DNA of 35,102 nucleotides from Octopus bimaculoides. Taxonomy: Eukaryota. The position numbers and the translations under genes are program-made. The notes below the pieces were generated by a model, which saw only the letters and a list, made by a program, of their open reading frames with translations, was not told the DNA's origin and ran no database searches. The DNA lies in NCBI RefSeq assembly GCF_001194135.2, contig NC_069000.1, positions 44,258,221 through 44,293,322 of the forward strand, read 5' to 3'. The stretch's first letter is position 1, and every line of letters starts with the position of its first letter. Shown here one piece after another: positions 20,938 through 32,754 of the stretch.

Positions 20938-21254
20938 TATCACATGATGATATGCTCAACCAGACTATTGGATGTTATTCATCGCTGATCACAATGCGCT
21001 TTGCGTCATTTTAGCTTTTGAATGATGCAACCCTACTGGCTGGGTGAGCAGGCCAACATTACCCCTAATCAGAACGCTATTCTGTAACAGGGTGTACCCG
21101 TTTACAGTTGCAAGGATCGGATGAATGTAGAATGAACGTTTTTGCTCATGAACGTTTTTGCTCATGAACACTATGGACAGCTGGGTCTGAGAATTGAACC
21201 CATGATCTGACGATTTTGAATACAACAACCCTAACCACTACGCTATGTGCCTTC
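20938..21254 (-). mobile_element. tRNA-derived SINE (10343-10627 family) with a 16-bp tandem duplication
   Basis: Reverse head GGCACATAGCGTAGTGGTTAGGG...GGGTTCAATTCTC; GAACGTTTTTGCTCAT occurs twice. Confidence 0.8.
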
Positions 21255-21429
21255 GCCCATATGAAGATATGTCAATGTACCTGTATATATGTATGTATGT
21301 GTGTGTGTGTGTGAGTGTGTGCTCCATATATTTGTTCGTAAATGGTAGTTTTTGGAGGAGCAAAAGCTGAGCAGTAGTTTTAGAAGAGAGAAAACACAAA
21401 CACATGTGATGCCAGGATTGGAAAGTAGT

Positions 21430-21785
21430 GGCTGGTGTGTGTGAATGGGTGTGTGTGTGTATGTATGTATGCATGTATGTATGTCTGTACGTATGAATGT
21501 GTGTGTGTGAATGTATATATGTATATGTATATGTGTGTGTGTGTGTATGTATGTATGTGTTTATGTGTGTATGTATGCATGTATATGTATGTATGTGTGT
21601 GTATGTATGTATACATGTATGTGTGTATGCATGTAGGAATGTGTGTATGTATGTCTGTATATGTATGCGTGTATGTATGCATGTATGTATATACATATGT
21701 ATATATGTGTGTGTGTATGTGTGTGTCTTTTCCAGTCTCACAAACACGCATTCATATGCACACAAGCATAAAGACATTCACACAC

Positions 21786-21827
<42 letters not shown>

Positions 21828-21896
21828 TCACAAACACACATGTGCTTTTACAATAATCCATATACTTACACAAGTGCACAAATTATCACACACACA

Positions 21897-21932
<36 letters not shown>

Positions 21933-21973
21933 TATACACATAAACAGAAATAAAGACACACGTGTGCATGCGT

Positions 21974-22010
<37 letters not shown>
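21430..22010. repeat. Long compound (TG/TATG)n then (CA)n microsatellite
   Basis: Direct reading. Confidence 0.95.
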
Positions 22011-22011
<1 letters not shown>

Positions 22012-22194
22012 CAGCCATTCAACAACCAATCAATAAATAGAGAGAAAGAAAAGAAGCTGCTTTTTTTTCACTAACCAATTCAATAATAATAATAACAACA
22101 ACAACAACAACAACAACAGCAACAACAACAACAATAAAGCATTCTTTTGTAAAGGAGATTGGAAATGGCTGTTTGTGCTTGGCAGTAATTTATC

Positions 22195-22200
22195 AACAAC

Positions 22201-22235
<35 letters not shown>

Positions 22236-22557
22236 TCTAACCCCTTCTCCTCCATCACCATCACCATCATCATCATCATCTTAAATCTCATCGTCATATC
22301 CACCACTACCACCACCACCTCCACCATCACCATCGTCGTCATCATCATCATCATCATCGTCATCATCATCATCATCATCATCATCACTGTCACCATCACC
22401 ATCATTATTATCATCATCGTTGCCGTCATCATCATCATCATCATCATCATCATCGTCATAATCGCCAACACTACTATCTCCACTGCCACCCCCCCCCAAC
22501 ACTACCACCACCACTACCACCACCATCATCATCATCATCATCATCATTGCAACCACC
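22195..22557 (+). repeat. (CAT)n/(CAC)n trinucleotide array
   Basis: Direct reading. Confidence 0.95.
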
Positions 22558-22959
22558 NNNNNNNNNNNNNNNNNNNNNNNNNNNNNNNNNNNNNNNNNNN
22601 NNNNNNNNNNNNNNNNNNNNNNNNNNNNNNNNNNNNNNNNNNNNNNNNNNNNNNNNNNNNNNNNNNNNNNNNNNNNNNNNNNNNNNNNNNNNNNNNNNNN
22701 NNNNNNNNNNNNNNNNNNNNNNNNNNNNNNNNNNNNNNNNNNNNNNNNNNNNNNNNNNNNNNNNNNNNNNNNNNNNNNNNNNNNNNNNNNNNNNNNNNNN
22801 NNNNNNNNNNNNNNNNNNNNNNNNNNNNNNNNNNNNNNNNNNNNNNNNNNNNNNNNNNNNNNNNNNNNNNNNNNNNNNNNNNNNNNNNNNNNNNNNNNNN
22901 NNNNNNNNNNNNNNNNNNNNNNNNNNNNNNNNNNNNNNNNNNNNNNNNNNNNNNNNNNN
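22558..22959. other. Assembly gap
   Basis: N run. Confidence 1.
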
Positions 22960-22995
<36 letters not shown>

Positions 22996-23584
22996 ATAGA
23001 TAGATAGATAGATAGAAAGATGTGTGTATATATATATATTTATGAATGTATGTATATATATATTTATGTTTGTATGCTGTTCTATACAACCTGCTGCTCC
23101 TTTCTTCCCTTCCACCCACCCATCCATACCCTTCTGACATCATCAAGCTCTCTTCTAATCCCCTCCTTGGCCACCTGAGTAAATGCACACAGCCAAAGGT
23201 TATTATGTACTCCCAACACTTATTGCCGCCCACCCCCTCAACCTGCTGCTACCATTGCCCCCACCACCACCACCACCATTTCCCTTTCTCTGGTCAACAT
23301 GTTTGAGCTCTGAACACACTTTATTTTAAGCTGTGTACAAGACACTACCCCTGCCCCTGCTCTGTTGGCTCCAGCTGACAATCCTCCATGCTCCCTCAAA
23401 CAGACTGGAAACAGCCAAACTGGAATTGTGAAATACATCCAACGTACTCTGCGAAATGGTTAGCAAAAGGAGCAACGAATGCATAAGATTCTGAAGAGCT
23501 TTTATTCGGCTTCTTCAGTGTTGGCGCCATGGAAAACACATCCAGTACTTTATGTAAAATGGTCTGTGATTGAAGGGCGTCATT

Positions 23585-23900
23585 TAACATGTCTTCCATG
23601 GATAGAACGATTTGACTGGAGCAAATGGGCCAGAGAACTGCATTCAAATGCCAGTGCCTATTTTGGAATGGTTTCTACAGCTGGATGCTTGTTCTTCAGC
23701 CTGTAATGGGTGGTTTTTATTTGGTGCCAACATTAGTGTGGTCACCATGTAGCTTGCAAGACAAAGAAAAAGAAGCCACCTCAATTGTAGTAGAAGGGAG
23801 AGAAAGTGGCTTTGTGTCAGGTGTTTAGAGGCTAAAATATGTTTAGAAAAACAGGAGCAAGTGTCTTACTGTAGAAGAGATATGTAATTATTCCAGCTTC
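23585..23900 (-). mobile_element. Degenerate RTE-tail-family retroposon
   Basis: TTTAACATGTCTTCCATGGATAGAACGATTTGACT...TTTCTACAGCTGGATGC matches the reverse of the tail family. Confidence 0.65.
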
Positions 23901-24594
23901 TCAGCTGGAAAGAGAGGAAAGAGAGGATAGTGAAGAGGTATCAGGGTTTACCTGGTAATTACCATCATCATCCTTCGACACGGTTGAACAAACAATTCCA
24001 TCCAGTCAGGATTCAAAGTACGACTGTCTTCTACATCCAACCCTGGGGCTTGATTTGGTCATACCATTCATTTGTTTGATTGCTAAATATGAAAACATGA
24101 CCTTTTCCCAAATCACCATCTCACCCCTATAATTCCCTTTCATTCTGCTGATTTTCCTACGTACAAGGTAATTAACTCCTTTTCTTCCCCGTTCATTTCT
24201 TGCACAATTTTTGATGGTCATTGACTCCATTGAATGTCCTGAGTTCTTCTGCCTTTTGTTGGGTTTCTTTGCATCCTGCAGGGTGTCCAATAATCACCCT
24301 AACCTCACCAAGCAACCTTGGTGGGGTTGATGGTTTAGTTATCAATGACTTGACCCTGCAACAGATTGTACCAGGTTGCATGTGACCAGTAGCACACAGA
24401 ATGGAGAAACAGGGGCAGAAGACCTGTGAGAGTGGGTGGGTGAGTGTTGAAAGTGTGTGAGGAGAGAATGGCAGATAGTTAGAGAAGGTTGATGTAGGGG
24501 GAATTGTGAGCATAGAATTTGGTGATGAAGTTAAAACACCAAGTACAGCCTGTAAAGTGGTTGGCATTAAGAAGGGCATCCAGCCATAGAAAAA

Positions 24595-25020
24595 GAGGCG
24601 TGGCTGTGTAGAAAGAAGCTTGCTTCCCAACCTCATGGTTCCGGGTTCAGTCCCACAGTGTGACACCTTGGACAAATGTCTTCTGCTATGGCTTCAGGCT
24701 GAACAATTCTTGTGTGTGGATTTGGTAGACAGAAACTGAAAGAAGCCTACTGTATGTATGTATGTATATATATATATCTATATATATATATATATATGTA
24801 TATATTTATGTGTGTGCGTCTGTGTTTGTCCCCCTGCTAGCAGTTGACAACCAATGCTGGTGTGTTTATGACCCCATAGGTAAGTTGTTCGGCAAAAGAG
24901 TCCGATAGAATAAGTTCTAGGCTTACAAAGAATAAGTCTTGGAGTCGATTTCTTCAACTAAAACCTCTTTAATGTGGTGCTCCAGCATGACCACAGTCAA
25001 ATGACTGAAACAAGTAGAGG
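24595..25020 (+). mobile_element. Full-length CORE-type SINE: tRNA head, CORE, (TA)n hinge, type-1 tail
   Basis: GAGGCGTGGCTGTGTAG...GGTTCCGGGTTCAGTCCC...CACCTTGGACAAATGTCTTC...(TA)n...GTTTGTCCCCC...CAAATGACTGAAACAAGTA. Confidence 0.9.
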
Positions 25021-25146
25021 AATAAACTGGAGCCTGGTGCAGTCAATTATATCGAAGCTGTTGGATGTTGCCCCCCCCCCTCTCCTGCTTAACTCCCTCC
25101 ATATTTACTTTACAATTTCTGGTTTCGATATGACTTCATTATTAAT

Positions 25147-25181
<35 letters not shown>

Positions 25182-25273
25182 AATCATCATCATTATTATT
25201 ATTATTATTATTATTATCAGAGACATTTTATTCTATTTTCAACACATCAAAAACTCTAACACTTCAGATCACT

Positions 25274-25304
<31 letters not shown>

Positions 25305-25691
25305 CCATTGCTACCATTGCTGCCATGTTTATCGTTATATGTTTATCATCCTCATCATATATTTATCATCGTCATCATCATCATCGTCATCATCATCATT
25401 GTCGTCATCACCATCATCGTCATCGTGGTTGTCAGTGACATTGAGATCAGCAACATTATCATCTCCATCTTCAAAAGAAATCGTTATTTCTTTTTTTTTT
25501 TTAAATGTTTTTCCACCAGATTCAAACCTTCAACACATTAGATCACCACCCTCACCATCACCACCACCACCATCAACACCAACTTCTTAAACATCATCAT
25601 CATCATCATCATCAGCCTCAACACCACCATCACCATCAGTACCATCAAAATCTTTATCAATATTGTTATTATTATTATTATTATTATTGTA

Positions 25692-25880
25692 AAGGCAGAA
25701 GTGTTAGAATGCTGAACGAAAGGTTTCATTCTGAGTTCAAATTCTGCCGGGGTCCACTTTGCCTTTCATCCTTTCGGGGTTGATAAATTAAGTACCAGTT
25801 ACGTACTGGGATTGATCTAATTGACTTAACCCCTGCCTCAAAATTTCAGGCTTTGTACCTACAGTAGAAAGGATTATTAA
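25692..25880 (+). mobile_element. tRNA-derived SINE (9486-9700 family)
   Basis: TCTGAGTTCAAATTCTGCCGGGGTCCACTTTGCCTTTCATCCTTTCGGGGTTGATAAATTAAGTACCAGTT. Confidence 0.88.
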
Positions 25881-25888
25881 TATCATTG

Positions 25889-26304
25889 TTAACCCTTTTT
25901 GTTCCCGTATTTCTGTTGAGATGCTCTGTGTTTCTTTCAATTAATTTAAAATATAACAAAGAATTTAGTAAAATATCTAAGTTATCATTAAGCTAGTGTT
26001 AGGAACATAAATTGTGACTAATGTTTGTTAGAAGATTTTTATCAAGAACTTTTAGAAACAAGACATTTGTACTTAGAGCCAGAAGTGGTTTCAACCAGGT
26101 TGTTATCAAAAGGGTTAAGAATTGTTTCTCTATTATATATTTTAACCCTTTTGTTACCATATTTCTGTTGAGATGCTCTGTGTTGCTTTCAATTAATTTT
26201 AAATTTAACAAAGCATTTAGTAAAATAACTTCGTTATCATTAAGTTAGTGTTAGGAACAGACATTGTGACTAAGGTTTGGTGGAAGATTTGAATTCAGGA
26301 CTTT
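25889..26304. mobile_element. piggyBac-like MITE dimer, second locus (second monomer 3'-truncated)
   Basis: TTAA-CCCTTTT (25889)...AAAAGGG-TTAA (26118), identical 23-nt spacer, TTAA-CCCTTTT (26142). Confidence 0.87.
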
Positions 26305-26337
26305 GTTGGTTGCAAATTGTTATTGTTTTATTCTTTA

Positions 26338-26369
26338 GATGTGTGTGTGTGTGTATGTGTGTGTATGTG

Positions 26370-26464
<95 letters not shown>
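26338..26464 (+). repeat. (TG)n array
   Basis: Direct reading. Confidence 0.98.
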
Positions 26465-26467
<3 letters not shown>

Positions 26468-26629
26468 ACCTCCATAGAACACAATGTTTCCATGTAAAAT
26501 TCCCACAGTCCTTTGTCTTGGAATTGTCCTAAACGTTCTTTACAGCCCTTGTGGCCAATAAAGAAAGGGTTATCCTTCACCTCCTCCTTCTCCCACTCCT
26601 CATCCTTCCTCCTTTCTCCTTCTCCTCCA

Positions 26630-26631
26630 CC

Positions 26632-26668
<37 letters not shown>

Positions 26669-26798
26669 TATCATCACCACCACCGCCACCATCGGGATTG
26701 CCACAGCCGCCACAATCATCAACATCATCATCATCATCATCATCGTCATCGTCATCGTCATCAACACCACCATCATCATCATCATTTTCCTTATCATT

Positions 26799-26830
<32 letters not shown>

Positions 26831-26926
26831 TATTATTATCATCATTATTCCTGTCTCGTAAAAGAAACCGTTATTATTATTATTAGTATTTTTTCATCAC
26901 CAAATCAAAAACTTCAACACCTTCAC

Positions 26927-26963
<37 letters not shown>

Positions 26964-27010
26964 GTCGTCGTTATTATCACCTTTTATTATTATTATTATT
27001 ATTAGTATTA
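26630..27010 (+). repeat. (CAT)n/(TAT)n array
   Basis: Direct reading. Confidence 0.95.
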
Positions 27011-27132
27011 TCACAAACCATTCCTATTACTATTGTTGCTGTTGCTGCTCAGCAAATCAAAACTCCAAACCAATTGTAATGAGATTATTTCAATAACAAT
27101 TCTCAGATTTTTTTCCCCCTGCTATCACATTG

Positions 27133-27134
<2 letters not shown>

Positions 27135-27186
<52 letters not shown>

Positions 27187-27282
27187 TATGTGTGTTTGCA
27201 CATGCACAAATTTGTGTTCATGTAGATACACACATATATCTACACACACATATATATATATTTATGTACATATATATATGTT

Positions 27283-27315
<33 letters not shown>

Positions 27316-27409
27316 GTGTGTGTGTATGTATATATATATATGTATATATATACATATATATATATATGTGTGTATATATATATATGTGTATGTATATATA
27401 TGCATATAT

Positions 27410-27491
<82 letters not shown>

Positions 27492-27880
27492 TTATATATA
27501 TGCATATGTGTGTGTGTGTAAGTGTAGAAGTGTGTACCTACATAAGCACAAATTTGTGCATGTGCATACACATGTGTACATACACTCATGCACACATGAG
27601 CACATGCATATGTATATATGAATATGGAAGCACTGCCACAGTCGCATGTCTATAGTGCATGTGTGTGTGTGTGAGTGTGTGTGCCTATGTGTATGCATGT
27701 GCACACATATACATGTAATGTATGTACAGGAAAATGTTTGTTCATGTTAAATCAAGTATACATATAAGTACCTTTGCATAAGAACTCTCTCCCTCTCACT
27801 CTTTATCTATCTATCTATACATATACACACGCACACGCACACATATAGAGACATAGTTGATAGATATAGATATACATGTG

Positions 27881-27943
<63 letters not shown>

Positions 27944-27980
27944 GTATATATATTTATGTAGTATGTGTATATATATAAGT
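27135..27980. repeat. Long compound (TG)n/(TA)n microsatellite region
   Basis: Direct reading. Confidence 0.93.
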
Positions 27981-28452
27981 ATATATAGGTGTGCATGTAT
28001 GTATAGTCATGTAAATGAGTATGTGTATACGTGTGTGTGGCTGTGAGCATGTATGTCTGTGTGTATGCGTGTTTACAGGCCTTTCTTGTGTCTGGTTTTC
28101 TTTTATGACTTTAGCAGAGATTATTTTGACTTGGATGTTATTCGAATGTTCTTTCGAACAACAACAAACAGTAACAACAACAACAATAGTAACAGTAGCA
28201 ATAACAACGGCAACAACAACAATAACAAAAATAACAAGACTAAGGCTAAGAGGCGCCAATGCTAGATACAGCAGCCAAAATCTCCCTTGAATCCCACTCT
28301 AAAGTGGACCTCGACAAGAATTCCAGACAATGGGAACTTGCAATTTAGGGGCTGAGTATTCCTCAGAGATGTGTATTCTGATCTTTTATCTTATTTTTCT
28401 TTAATGTCTTCTCTTCTACTTGACTCAGTCATTAGACTGTGGCCATGCCCCT

Positions 28453-28502
<50 letters not shown>

Positions 28503-28509
28503 ACACGTT

Positions 28510-28960
28510 CACACACACCATTCTCCCATTCCATCGGGATCACCATCACTTTATTATCTCCCTTTCTTCCGACTTCTTCTTTCAAACTTCTTTTTTTTAA
28601 TCATTTGCCATGCTTGACCTCTAAATTCACAGGTTTTTTTTTCATTCTGTCTCTGATTGTTCTTTCTTCTTCCTTTCTGATGAAGAGTGTAGGCTCGAAA
28701 CATAAAAGACTTTTACATTTTTCATTCTCCCGAGCATCAAACTAATACACCTGCTTGTTGTTCATACACCTGTCTTCATCTTTTATTTTTCTATATAAAT
28801 TTCAACTATATACATATATTTATGGGGCAACTGATGAAGGTAATGTTCTTTATGTTGCATGTCTCATTTCTCTGTTTGTTTCTTTCATTGTTAGAAAAAA
28901 AGTTTGTTTTCTATGTTTTTGTTTTTTATGTTCTCATTTCTCATTTTGTCCAGGTTTTTT
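28510..28960 (+). mobile_element. Probable Penelope-type pseudo-LTR / non-autonomous remnant carrying a hammerhead motif
   Basis: T-rich body containing CTGATGAAGAG...CTCGAAAC and a second CTGATGAAGG at 28831; assignment inferred from the known PLE-hammerhead association. Confidence 0.45.
28673..28708 (+). ncRNA. Degenerate minimal type-I hammerhead ribozyme motif
   Basis: CTTT-CTGATGA-A-GAG(TGTAGG)CTC-GAAAC-ATA-AAAG: stem I CTTT/AAAG, core CUGAUGA, stem II GAG/CUC, GAAAC. The cleavage triplet ATA looks like a CpG-decayed GTA. Confidence 0.55.
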
Positions 28961-29119
28961 TGACCTCCTCTACCCATATATGCATGTATATATACATATA
29001 CATGTAGGTATGTACATATATGTATGTATATATGCATATATTTATACATTATTTATATTATATGATCGAATGCCACGCATCCATTCCCATGTATATGTGT
29101 GTGTGTGTGTGAGTATGTA

Positions 29120-29295
29120 TGTATTTGTGTGTCTGTGTTTGTTCACCCACCATTGTAACTTAGCGGTTTGACAAAAGAGACCAACAGAATAAGTACTAGG
29201 CTTACAAAGAATAAGTCCTGGGATTGGTTTGTTTGACTGAAGGTGGTGCTCCAGAATGGCCACAGTCAGATGACTGAAACAAGTAAAAGAATAAA
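29120..29295 (+). mobile_element. CORE-type SINE type-1 tail
   Basis: GTAACTTAGCGGTTTGACAAAAGAGACC...AAGGTGGTGCTCCAG...GACTGAAACAAGTAAAAGAATAAAAGA. Confidence 0.9.
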
Positions 29296-29489
29296 AGACT
29301 ATATGGAGAGAGAAAGGATGTGGTGGTCACGATTGGATTGCCTTTTGTTATTGGTTTACTCAATTGTGTAGACCAGAAGATAAATAATGACATCAATAAC
29401 AACAACAACAGTAACACCATCCAGCACCACCACTACTACCACTACCTCTACCACCATCATTTCCACAACCATCACCACCACCACCACCA

Positions 29490-29880
29490 CCACCACCACT
29501 ACTCCACCACCATAACCGCCATCACCACCTCAAACACCTTTAGCACTGCCACAACCACCAACACTACCACCAGCACCACCATCACTACAACCCTAACCCT
29601 CTACCACCACCACTACAGCCCTAACCCTCTACCACCACCACTACCACCACCACTACTTCACCACCATAACCGTCACCACCGCAAACACCCTTAGCACTGC
29701 CACAACCACCAACACTACCACCAGCACCACCATCACTACAGCCCTAACCCTCTACCACCACCACTACAGCCCTAACCCTCTACCACCACCATAACCGTCA
29801 CCACCGCCATCACCACCTCAACCACTTTAGCACTGCCACAACCACTAACACTACCACCACCACCACCACCAACCAACCAC
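29490..29880 (+). repeat. ACC-rich higher-order tandem repeat, about 2.5 units of 136-151 bp, with CCCTAACCCT motifs
   Basis: Anchor TTAGCACTGCCACAACCAC at 29540, 29691 and 29827. Confidence 0.9.
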
Positions 29881-30189
29881 CACAACAAGTATGTAAATCT
29901 AATGCCAAAGTTAGACTAGAATGAAGCTCACAGAATCCCCCAAGGTATCATACGTCTTCGCACTGGCAGACATCCGTGCTTATGTGTGACCTATCATTAA
30001 AAATTTACAAACCTTTCACACCCACCATCTATCAAACTTACAAAATTACTTTGACAGTTCGGTCATGCTTCGCTGACCATTAGAACAATGTCCATTGTTA
30101 GTTTGCTTGGTGGTGATGGTCCTGGATGGAGATGTGGTGGACGGGGGATAATTTTGCAACTTTATTATTTTTCACTCAATTTTTTTCAA

Positions 30190-30790
30190 TTTCCGGGTTT
30201 AAAAAAATTTCTTTTTCCTTTTTGTTCTTCATTGCTTTCTTTCTTTTTTCCTTTCTTTCTTTTTTTTCTTTTTTCCTTTCTCTCTTTGCTCATATTACTT
30301 TCTCTCTGTCTTTCTTTCTTTTTTCCTTTGTCTCTCTCTGTTCATATTCCTTTCTTTCTTTCTTTCTTATCTCCTCATACACTCATTCCCTGCTCTCTTC
30401 GATTTCATTCATTCATTCTATCTCATTCCCTTTTTTCTTTCTTTCTTTCTCTTTCTCTATCTCTTTCTTTCCTCTTATCTATGTCTCTTTTATTGTCTTC
30501 TTCTTTCTACCTTCTGTTTTCTCTTCTTCTTTCTCCCTCTAATTCTCTTTCTTTCTTTTCTTCTTTCTATCTTTCTTTCTATCGCTTAATCACTCTGTGT
30601 GTCTCTTTCTTTCCCTCTCTCTCGCTCCCTCTCCCTCTCACCCTCTCTCCCTTCCTCAATCTTTCTCTCTTTATTTCCTTAACTCTTTCTCTTTGATTCT
30701 CTCTCTTTCTTTCTTCCTTCATTTTTATGTTTTTCTTTCATCTTTTTTTCTCTCTGTCTTTCTTTCTTTGACTCTTTCCTTCTACCACAC

Positions 30791-30822
<32 letters not shown>

Positions 30823-30930
30823 CCTCTTTATCATTCTTTTTTCTCTTTGTACCTCTCTGTTACTCCTCCCTCTCCCTCTCTCTCTCATGCATCTTTCCTT
30901 CTTTCCTGTCTGTCTCTCCTTCTACCACAC
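30190..30930 (+). repeat. ~740-bp polypyrimidine (CT/CTTT) tract
   Basis: Direct reading. Confidence 0.95.
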
Positions 30931-31405
30931 CTCCATCCTGTATATGGGTGCATGGTGGTGGTCTTGGTCATTGTCCTCATTGTTGTCATTGCTGTTGTCA
31001 TGATGGTAATATTGGTGTACTAGATAATGATGATGATGGTGATGTGACAGTGATGACAATGAGAGGATGATGATGATGATGATGATAATTATGAAGAACA
31101 TTTACTATATACATTATATTCACTATCTACATATGTTTATATATTTCTTATACACACTACCATGAATAATCTGAGAGATTAGTATCTTAATAGCAATAAC
31201 ACATTTGAAAATCTTATTCTTAAAGGAAATTTATATATATTTGCAAAAAGCAAAGATGGGAAGATATCACCCTGCAGGACTCCTACGTTTCTATTAATTA
31301 ATTTCTTTCTACCTCATTCACACAAGAGCTTCAATTTTTGTTTTTTCCATTTGCCAATAGTTTTTCTAATCATCTATATAATATTCCCTACTAATATCTT
31401 TCCAG

Positions 31406-31578
31406 TTCTACCATCCCTTGGCATTCTATTATCCAAGAATGAGAAATGCCAAAGGTCTTTTAATAATGAATTCTTCATAGCATTGCGAGATGTAGATGTG
31501 TTTGTCACTTCCAGCAATCTTGAGGGGATTAATTTCTCTATCCCTAACTGTTTATTAATATCACTGCAATTGTTTCAT

Positions 31579-31579
<1 letters not shown>
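31406..31579 (+). CDS. Candidate 174-nt symmetric phase-1 exon
   Basis: Branch-like CTAAT and pyrimidine tract ...ctttccag|; open frame LPSLGILLSKNEKCQRSFNNEFFIALRDVDVFVTSSNLEGINFSIPNCLLISLQLFH. The donor gtgtgt comes from a (TG)n repeat, so it is weak. Confidence 0.15.
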
Positions 31580-31620
<41 letters not shown>

Positions 31621-31865
31621 NNNNNNNNNNNNNNNNNNNNNNNNNNNNNNNNNNNNNNNNNNNNNNNNNNNNNNNNNNNNNNNNNNNNNNNNNNNNNNNN
31701 NNNNNNNNNNNNNNNNNNNNNNNNNNNNNNNNNNNNNNNNNNNNNNNNNNNNNNNNNNNNNNNNNNNNNNNNNNNNNNNNNNNNNNNNNNNNNNNNNNNN
31801 NNNNNNNNNNNNNNNNNNNNNNNNNNNNNNNNNNNNNNNNNNNNNNNNNNNNNNNNNNNNNNNNN
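31621..31865. other. Assembly gap
   Basis: N run. Confidence 1.
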
Positions 31866-31953
<88 letters not shown>

Positions 31954-32295
31954 ATATTTAGACCTCTTATAGAGATATTTTTATCCAAGATACATTGGTT
32001 CTATATATTATGCTTTGAAGAGATTTCATCAATGGATATATTATATAAAATATTACAAAATATCAAACATATATGTATATATATATGTATGTGTGTCCAA
32101 CACATGCCAGCATGGAAAGCAGACGTTAAACAATGGTGATGATGTGTATATATATATACACACACACACATACTTTTGTCTCTGGGGAGAGTCATTTTCT
32201 TTTTGTAATTTAACACACTCACCGGAAAAATTTCCACTTATTCCTAATTTTTATTTACCTAAAATGTTTGTTGCGTCTTGCAACCTTTTCAATGA

Positions 32296-32600
32296 TTAGT
32301 GGCTCTGGCATCAACCACACTTGAATGGTGCTTCCTACATGCCACTGGCACGGGTGCCAGTCAGGCAGCACTGGCAATGACCATGTTCAAATGGTGCTTC
32401 TTATGTGCCACTAGAATGGGACCAGTCAGCCAACACTAGCATCAACCGTGCTCGAATAGTGCTTTTTACATGCCAGTGGCACAGGTGCCAGTCAGGCGGC
32501 ATTGGCATCAGCCACAACAATGACTTGACCTAACTCAACAGGTCTTCTCAAGCACAGTTTGTTACCCAATGATTGAAGGGTACTCTTAAATGGACCAATA
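32296..32600 (-). mobile_element. Internal ~65-bp tandem array of the RTE-tail family (GCCAGT..ACTGGC units)
   Basis: AATGGTGCTT..ATGCCACTGG..GGTGCCAGTCAGGC..CACTGGCA repeated about 3.5 times. A separate tail fragment lies at 32095-32140. Confidence 0.8.
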
Positions 32601-32652
32601 TATACATATATATACATATACATACATACATATATATCTATATATATCTATA

Positions 32653-32691
<39 letters not shown>

Positions 32692-32715
32692 ATACACATA
32701 CATATATATATCTAC

Positions 32716-32754
<39 letters not shown>

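Noticed and set aside
23396-23647. 83-aa minus-strand ORF and CTGAAGAGC..GCTTCTTCAG hairpin
   Set aside because: The 5' part comes from a decayed retroposon, no homology is recognised, and the hairpin lacks GAAA so it is not a hammerhead.
28831-28900. Second hammerhead core CTGATGAAGG
   Set aside because: No stem II closure followed by GAAA is visible in this copy.
31510-31560. NLEGINFSIP resembling the ABCC sequence just before Walker A
   Set aside because: No Walker A follows; the similarity is about 10 residues and probably coincidental.
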